Assembly (NCBI RefSeq): GCF_000284115.1
Contig: NC_017080.1
Location: 3,300,001-3,332,000, forward strand
DNA length: 32,000 bases
Reading direction: 5' to 3'
DNA from: Phycisphaera mikurensis NBRC 102666
GTDB lineage: Bacteria; Planctomycetota; Phycisphaerae; Phycisphaerales; Phycisphaeraceae
Shown here: piece after piece, positions 27,499 through 32,000 of the stretch
Layout of the letters: each line of letters opens with the position of its first letter
How positions within the stretch are numbered: position 1 is the stretch's first letter
Notes under the pieces: generated by a model
Database searches by the model: none
The model's input: the letters and a program-made list of their open reading frames with translations, nothing else
Told to the model about the DNA's origin: nothing
Program-made: the position numbers and the translations under genes

Positions 27499-28139
27499 TG
27501 GCCGCCTATTCCGCCGAGCGCGCGCAGATCTTTCGGTTGACCCACCGGGACAACCTGCCGTGGATCCTGGAGCACGGGCTGCACTGCCCGACAAGCGACA
27601 CGCTGGACCCCGGCTTCGTCGCAATCGGGCGGGAGGAGATCATCGACCGCCGCACCCGCCACGAGGTTTCGTGCGGGCCCGGCGGGGTGCTCGCGGACTA
27701 CGTGCCGTTCTACTTCACCCCGCGGTCGATCATGGCGTTCAACATCCGCACCGGGTTCCACGGGCTGACGCAGCGTGACAACGACGACCTCGTGGTGCTG
27801 GTGTCGTCCATCCCCCGCCTGCTGGAGATGTCCATCGGCTTCGTGTTCTACAGCGGGCAAGCGATGCTGCACGAGAGCACCTGCCACGCCGACGCCGCGG
27901 ACCTGACGAAGATCGACTGGGCCCTGCTCAACGCGGCCGACTTCCGCAACGATCCGGAGGACCCGGGGAAGAAGGGGCGGTACCAGGCGGAGGCGCTGGT
28001 CCACCGCCACACGCCGGTGGAGGCCTTGCTCGGCGTCGGGTGCTACAGTCCGAAGGTGGCGCACGAGGTGGATCTCCTCGTGCAGCGAAGCGGCAGGGAT
28101 CTCGCCGTCAAGCCCGCGCCGAAGCTGTTTTTCCGATGA
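27498..28139 (+). CDS. darT: DarT-family ssDNA thymidine ADP-ribosyltransferase toxin (DUF4433)
   Basis: IFRLTHRDNLPWILEHGLHC...DRRTRHEV...YVPFYFTPRSIMAFNI...KGRYQAEALVHRHTPVEALLG has DarT-like NAD-binding and Glu catalytic motifs. Partner macrodomain gene follows. Confidence 0.9.
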   Translation: MAAYSAERAQIFRLTHRDNLPWILEHGLHCPTSDTLDPGFVAIGREEIIDRRTRHEVSCGPGGVLADYVPFYFTPRSIMAFNIRTGFHGLTQRDNDDLVVLVSSIPRLLEMSIGFVFYSGQAMLHESTCHADAADLTKIDWALLNAADFRNDPEDPGKKGRYQAEALVHRHTPVEALLGVGCYSPKVAHEVDLLVQRSGRDLAVKPAPKLFFR

Positions 28140-29200
28140 TCCACGCCACGGATGGCAATCTCCTTGAAGCGGACGCGGAAGCGCTCGTGAACACGGTCAA
28201 CACCGTGGGCGTGATGGGCAAGGGCATCGCCCTGATGTTCAAGGAACGCTTCCCGGAGAACTTCCGGCGCTACGCCGCCGCCTGCAAGCGGGAGGAGGTC
28301 CAGACCGGGCGCGTCTTCGCGGTGGCCAACGAGGAGCTGGCCGGGCCACACTGGATCTACAACTTCCCGACGAAGCGGCACTGGCGGTCGCCCTCCCGGC
28401 TGGAGTGGATCGACGAGGGCCTCGCCGACCTGGCGTGGCTGCTGCGCGAGCACAGGGTCGCCTCGGTCGCGGTCCCGCCCCTTGGGGCCGGCAACGGCGG
28501 GCTGAAGTGGGCGGACGTCCGGCCGCTGGTGGAGCGACACCTCGGCAGCCTGCCCGGGGTCGACGTGCTGCTGTACGAGCCGACGCAGGCGTACCAGAAC
28601 GTCTCGAAGACGACCGGCAAGGAGCGGCTCACGCTGGCGCGGGCGCTGGTCGCGGAGATGGTCCGCCGCTACGGGGTGCTCGGGCTGGACTGCTCGATCC
28701 TCGAGATCCAGAAGCTCGCTTGGGTGCTGCAGCGTCAGATCCGGCAGTTGGGCTTGGATGACCCGTTGGAGCTTGACTTCAAGGCCAACCGCTACGGCCC
28801 CTATTCCGACCGCCTCCGTCACCTCCTCGACGCCCTCGACGGGAGCTGGCTGCGGAGCGAGAAGCGGCTTGCCGATGCCGAACCCCCGGACACGATCCGC
28901 TTCGCGCCCGGTCGGGAGCGAAAGCTCGGCGAGTGGTTCGGTGCGGGGCAAGGCTTCCACTACCGAGAAGCCGTGGAGGCGACCGACGCCTTGATCGATG
29001 GCTTCCAGTCGCCGCTGGGCCTGGAGGCGCTCGCCACGGTGGGGTGGCTCCTCGACGAGGAAGGGGTGGAGCCGAGCCTCGCGGCGGTGCGTGAGGGCAT
29101 CGCTCGCTGGCCTGCGGGGCCCGCCGCGGCCGAGCGGAAGGCGGGGCTGTTCGGCGATCACCTGCTCGAGGCCGCCATCCGGCGGTACACGCACCCGTGA
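28136..29200 (+). CDS. darG: DarG antitoxin (N-terminal macrodomain ADP-ribosylglycohydrolase plus C-terminal domain)
   Basis: GNLLEADAEALVNTVNTVGVMGKGIALMFKERFP...IYNFPTKRHWRSPSRLEWIDEGLADL...VAVPPLGAGNGGLKW. Start overlaps the darT stop (ATGA). Confidence 0.93.
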   Translation: MIHATDGNLLEADAEALVNTVNTVGVMGKGIALMFKERFPENFRRYAAACKREEVQTGRVFAVANEELAGPHWIYNFPTKRHWRSPSRLEWIDEGLADLAWLLREHRVASVAVPPLGAGNGGLKWADVRPLVERHLGSLPGVDVLLYEPTQAYQNVSKTTGKERLTLARALVAEMVRRYGVLGLDCSILEIQKLAWVLQRQIRQLGLDDPLELDFKANRYGPYSDRLRHLLDALDGSWLRSEKRLADAEPPDTIRFAPGRERKLGEWFGAGQGFHYREAVEATDALIDGFQSPLGLEALATVGWLLDEEGVEPSLAAVREGIARWPAGPAAAERKAGLFGDHLLEAAIRRYTHP

Positions 29201-29211
29201 GCGAGAACCCG

Positions 29212-29257
29212 CCGCGGACCGTGCGTGGCTGCGGCCGTTGCGGCCGGTGGTCTGCGG
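29212..29257. repeat. 46-bp palindromic element, copy 8 (darG/hsdR gap)
   Basis: ccgcggaccgtgcgtggctgcggccgttgcggccggtggtctgcgg; arms pair with two G-T/U wobbles; 11 nt after the darG stop. Confidence 0.65.
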
Positions 29258-29288
29258 GGGTGCGAGGGCTCCCGCAGCAGGAGAACGA

Positions 29289-32000
29289 GTGATCAACGAG
29301 GACGCCGTCGAGCAGAAGGCTCTTCGCTGGTTCCAGGACACCGGCTGGGCGTACCTCCACGGGTCGGAGCTGGCCCCGGACGTGGCGCCCGAGCAGCGGG
29401 CGGACGGAAAGGCGGTGGTGCTGGCCGGGCGGCTGGCGGAGGCGGTGCGGCGGCTGAACCCGCAGCTGCCGGCCGAGGCGGTGGAGGAGGTGGTGCGGGC
29501 GGCAACGCAGCGGGAGCACCCGGACCTCGCCCGGGCCAACGCGGCGTTCCACCGGAGGATGATCGACGGGGTGCCCGTCCGCTTCGAGGATCCTTCCACC
29601 GGCGAGAAGGTCCAGGACGTGGCCCGGCTGGTGGACTTCGGCGGAGCCGCGAACAACGACTGGCTGGTGGTGAACCAGCTGGCGATCGCGGGAACCAAGG
29701 ACGGGCGGCGGCCGGACGTAATCGCCTATCTCAATGGCCTGCCGATCGCGGTGATCGAGCTGAAGAACCCGGCGGACGAAAAGGCCGACGTGTGGGCGGC
29801 GTACCGGCAGCTGCAGACCTACAAGGACGAGATCGGCGAGCTGTTCGTCCGCAACGCGGCGCTGGTGGTGAGCGACGGGATCACGGCGCGGGTCGGGTCG
29901 CTGACGGCGAGCCCCGAGTGGTTCCTGCCGTGGCGGGCGGTGAGCGGCGAGGCGGACCAGCCCAAGGTGGAGATGGAGCTGGAGCGGGTCGTCCGCGGGT
30001 TCTTCCGGCCGGACCTCCTGCTGGACTACCTGCGGCACTTCATCCTGTTCGAGGGCGAAGAAGACGTCGTGAAGAAGATCGCTGGATACCACCAGTTCCA
30101 CGGGGTGCGGGCGGCGGTGGAGGCGACGGTGGTCGCCGCGGACCGCGGCGTGGAAACGGCTCCGGGCGACGCGGTCCGCGAGCGGCCGGCGGCGGACTGG
30201 GGGCGGCGGGTGCCGCGGGGCAGCGGGAAGGCGGGCGTCTTCTGGCACACGCAGGGCTCGGGCAAAAGCATTTCCATGGCCATGTACGCGGGCAAGCTGA
30301 TGCAGCAGCCGGCGATGAACAACCCGACCCTGGTGGTGGTCACCGACCGCCTTGACCTCGACGGGCAGCTGTTCGCGCAGTTCGCGGCGGCGAAGTCGCT
30401 GCTGGGCGAGAAGCCCGACCAGGCGGAGAGCCGGGAGCAGCTGCGCGACTACCTCGACGGCCGGGCCAGCGGCGGGATCGTGTTCACGACGGTGCAAAAG
30501 TTCGCGCCGCTGGACGGGGAGGAGGCGCACCCGGTGCTGAGCGGGCGGAGCAACGTCGTCGTGATCAGCGACGAGGCGCACCGCAGCCAGTACGGGATCA
30601 AGCCGACGCTGGACAGGAAGACCGGGCGGTACGTCTACGGCTACGCCAAGCACCTCCGCGATGCCCTTTCGGGGGCGTCGTTCATCGGGTTCACGGGGAC
30701 GCCGATCAGCAGCGAGGACCGCGACACCCGCGGCGTGTTCGGCGAGTACGTGAGCGTCTACGACATCGCCGACGCCGTGGAGGACGGGGCGACGGTGCAG
30801 ATCTACTACGAGAGCCGGCGGGCGAAGCTGGACCTGAACGACGCGGAGATCGAGACGCTCAACCAACAGGTGGACGAGGTCGTCGAGGACGAGGAGACCG
30901 AGGACCGGGAGCGGACCAAGGGCCACTGGGCGCAGCTGGCGAAGCTGGTGGGGGCGCGGCCGCGGCTGGAGGCGATCGCGGACGACCTGCTGGCGCACTT
31001 CGACCAGCGGAAGGAGGCGATGGCGTCGCAGGTCGGGCCCGACGGCGGGAAGGCGATGATCGTCACGATGAGCCGGGACATCTGCGTCGCGCTCTTCGAC
31101 GAGATCGTCCGCCGGCGGCCGGAGATGGCGGGCAGCCGGAAGGACGACGGCACGTGGAACCCCGAGGACGGGTCGATCCGCGTGGTGATGACCGGCACGG
31201 CGACCGATCGGGTTGAGCTGCGGCACCACCAGCACGGCAAGGCCCAGCGCGAGCGGCTGGCCAAGCGGTTCAAGGACCCGGCCGACCCGCTGGAGCTGGT
31301 GATCGTGCGGGACATGTGGCTGACCGGCTTCGACGCGCCGTGCTGCCACACGATGTATGTGGACAAGCCGATGCGGGGGCATGCGCTGATGCAGGCGATC
31401 GCCCGGGTGAACCGGGTGTTCCGCGAGAAGGCGGGCGGGCTGGTGGTCGACTACATCGGGATCGCCAACGAGCTGAAGCAGGCGCTCAAGACGTACACGG
31501 AGAGCAAGGGGCGTGGCCAGCCGACGGTGCGGGCGGAGGACGGGCTTCGCATCCTGAAGGAGAAGGTGGGCGTTCTGCGGGACATGATGCGGGAGAACGG
31601 CGGCTTCGCGTACGCGGGCTTCGAGACGCAGCCGTTGGAGCTGCTGCCGGGGGTGACGAACCACCTCCTCGGGCTCGACGACGGCAAGCGGCGCTTCCTG
31701 GACGTGATGGCCTCGGTGCTGAAGGCGTTCAGCCTGTGCGCCACGCTGGACGAGGCGGCGGCGCTGCGGACGGAGATCGCGTTCTTCTCGGCCGTCCGCG
31801 GCGTGCTCGCCAAGCACGGGCAGGAAGAGCCGAAGCGTGGCGGCGCGGACAAGAGCGCATCGCTCAAGCTGATCCTGGACAACGCGGTGGTGAGCGAGGG
31901 CGTGGACGACATCTTCGCGATGGCGGGGCTGGAGCGGCCGGACATCGGGCTGCTGAGCGAGGGGTTCCTCGAGGACGTGCGGCGGATGCCGGCGAAGAAC
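29289..32000 (+). CDS. hsdR: Type I restriction endonuclease subunit R, 3' truncated by window edge (not in the supplied ORF track)
   Basis: Frame open from GTG 29289 to 32000 (904 codons). VINEDAVEQKALRWFQDTGWAYLHG..., nuclease motif RRPDVIAYLNGLPIAVIELKNPAD, Walker A VFWHTQGSGKSISMAMYAG, VVISDEAHRSQYG, FTGTPI, MQAIARVNRVF. Confidence 0.96.
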   Translation, partial: MINEDAVEQKALRWFQDTGWAYLHGSELAPDVAPEQRADGKAVVLAGRLAEAVRRLNPQLPAEAVEEVVRAATQREHPDLARANAAFHRRMIDGVPVRFEDPSTGEKVQDVARLVDFGGAANNDWLVVNQLAIAGTKDGRRPDVIAYLNGLPIAVIELKNPADEKADVWAAYRQLQTYKDEIGELFVRNAALVVSDGITARVGSLTASPEWFLPWRAVSGEADQPKVEMELERVVRGFFRPDLLLDYLRHFILFEGEEDVVKKIAGYHQFHGVRAAVEATVVAADRGVETAPGDAVRERPAADWGRRVPRGSGKAGVFWHTQGSGKSISMAMYAGKLMQQPAMNNPTLVVVTDRLDLDGQLFAQFAAAKSLLGEKPDQAESREQLRDYLDGRASGGIVFTTVQKFAPLDGEEAHPVLSGRSNVVVISDEAHRSQYGIKPTLDRKTGRYVYGYAKHLRDALSGASFIGFTGTPISSEDRDTRGVFGEYVSVYDIADAVEDGATVQIYYESRRAKLDLNDAEIETLNQQVDEVVEDEETEDRERTKGHWAQLAKLVGARPRLEAIADDLLAHFDQRKEAMASQVGPDGGKAMIVTMSRDICVALFDEIVRRRPEMAGSRKDDGTWNPEDGSIRVVMTGTATDRVELRHHQHGKAQRERLAKRFKDPADPLELVIVRDMWLTGFDAPCCHTMYVDKPMRGHALMQAIARVNRVFREKAGGLVVDYIGIANELKQALKTYTESKGRGQPTVRAEDGLRILKEKVGVLRDMMRENGGFAYAGFETQPLELLPGVTNHLLGLDDGKRRFLDVMASVLKAFSLCATLDEAAALRTEIAFFSAVRGVLAKHGQEEPKRGGADKSASLKLILDNAVVSEGVDDIFAMAGLERPDIGLLSEGFLEDVRRMPAKN
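30136..30181. repeat. 46-bp palindromic element, copy 9 (inside hsdR coding sequence)
   Basis: ccgcggaccgcggcgtggaaacggctccgggcgacgcggtccgcga; same length and arms, with only the last base differing; encodes ADRGVETAPGDAVRE just before the Walker A region. Confidence 0.6.

Noticed and set aside
29225-30355. 376-aa plus-strand ORF in the track at the hsdR start
   Set aside because: Wrong frame. The true HsdR frame begins at GTG 29289 and stays open to the window end, so it was missed by the track.
31764-31801. ctgcggacgg...ccgtccgcgg inverted pair in hsdR
   Set aside because: Spacing is 38 bp, not 46 bp, and it coincides with ordinary-looking HsdR sequence (ALRTEIAFFSAVRG).
28779-31817. 1012-aa minus-strand ORF opposite darG/hsdR
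   Set aside because: The plus strand encodes unmistakable DarG and HsdR motifs; this ORF is the complement artefact.
1-32000. CRISPR arrays, tRNA/rRNA genes, prophage or integrase genes
   Set aside because: No regularly spaced direct repeats with unique spacers, no recognisable tRNA/rRNA sequence and no integrase or phage structural proteins were seen by eye. A formal scan (tRNAscan-SE, Infernal, CRISPR finders) could not be run.

Overview
High-GC bacterial chromosomal window; the gene content and codon usage suggest a planctomycete/Phycisphaerae-like genome, which is an inference. Left part: the C-terminal end of a DEAD-box RNA helicase, a pyridoxamine-phosphate-oxidase-fold protein, a SUI1/eIF1-like protein, AqpZ and a MOSC protein. 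Next comes a minus-strand fmdA-fmdB-urtABCDE cluster (amidase plus urea/short-chain-amide ABC transporter). The middle holds a MarR/VOC-dioxygenase/esterase/flavin-reductase cluster that resembles an mhq quinone-detoxification locus, a lactonase, a NUDIX hydrolase, an eda-like aldolase with a KDG-kinase-like sugar kinase, and topA. Right part: a type I restriction-modification locus with a DarTG toxin-antitoxin pair between hsdS and hsdR (hsdM-hsdS-darT-darG-hsdR; hsdR runs off the window and is absent from the ORF track). The most unusual signal not explained by genes is a dispersed palindromic element of constant length. At least nine copies share the form CCGCGGACCG-N26-CGGTCCGCGG, each exactly 46 bp end to end. 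Most sit within about 35 nt of a gene's 3' end, two lie inside the 3' coding ends of urtC and hsdS, and one lies inside hsdR. A separate ~169-bp MITE-like hairpin with 22-bp perfect arms overlaps the stop codon of a hypothetical gene.
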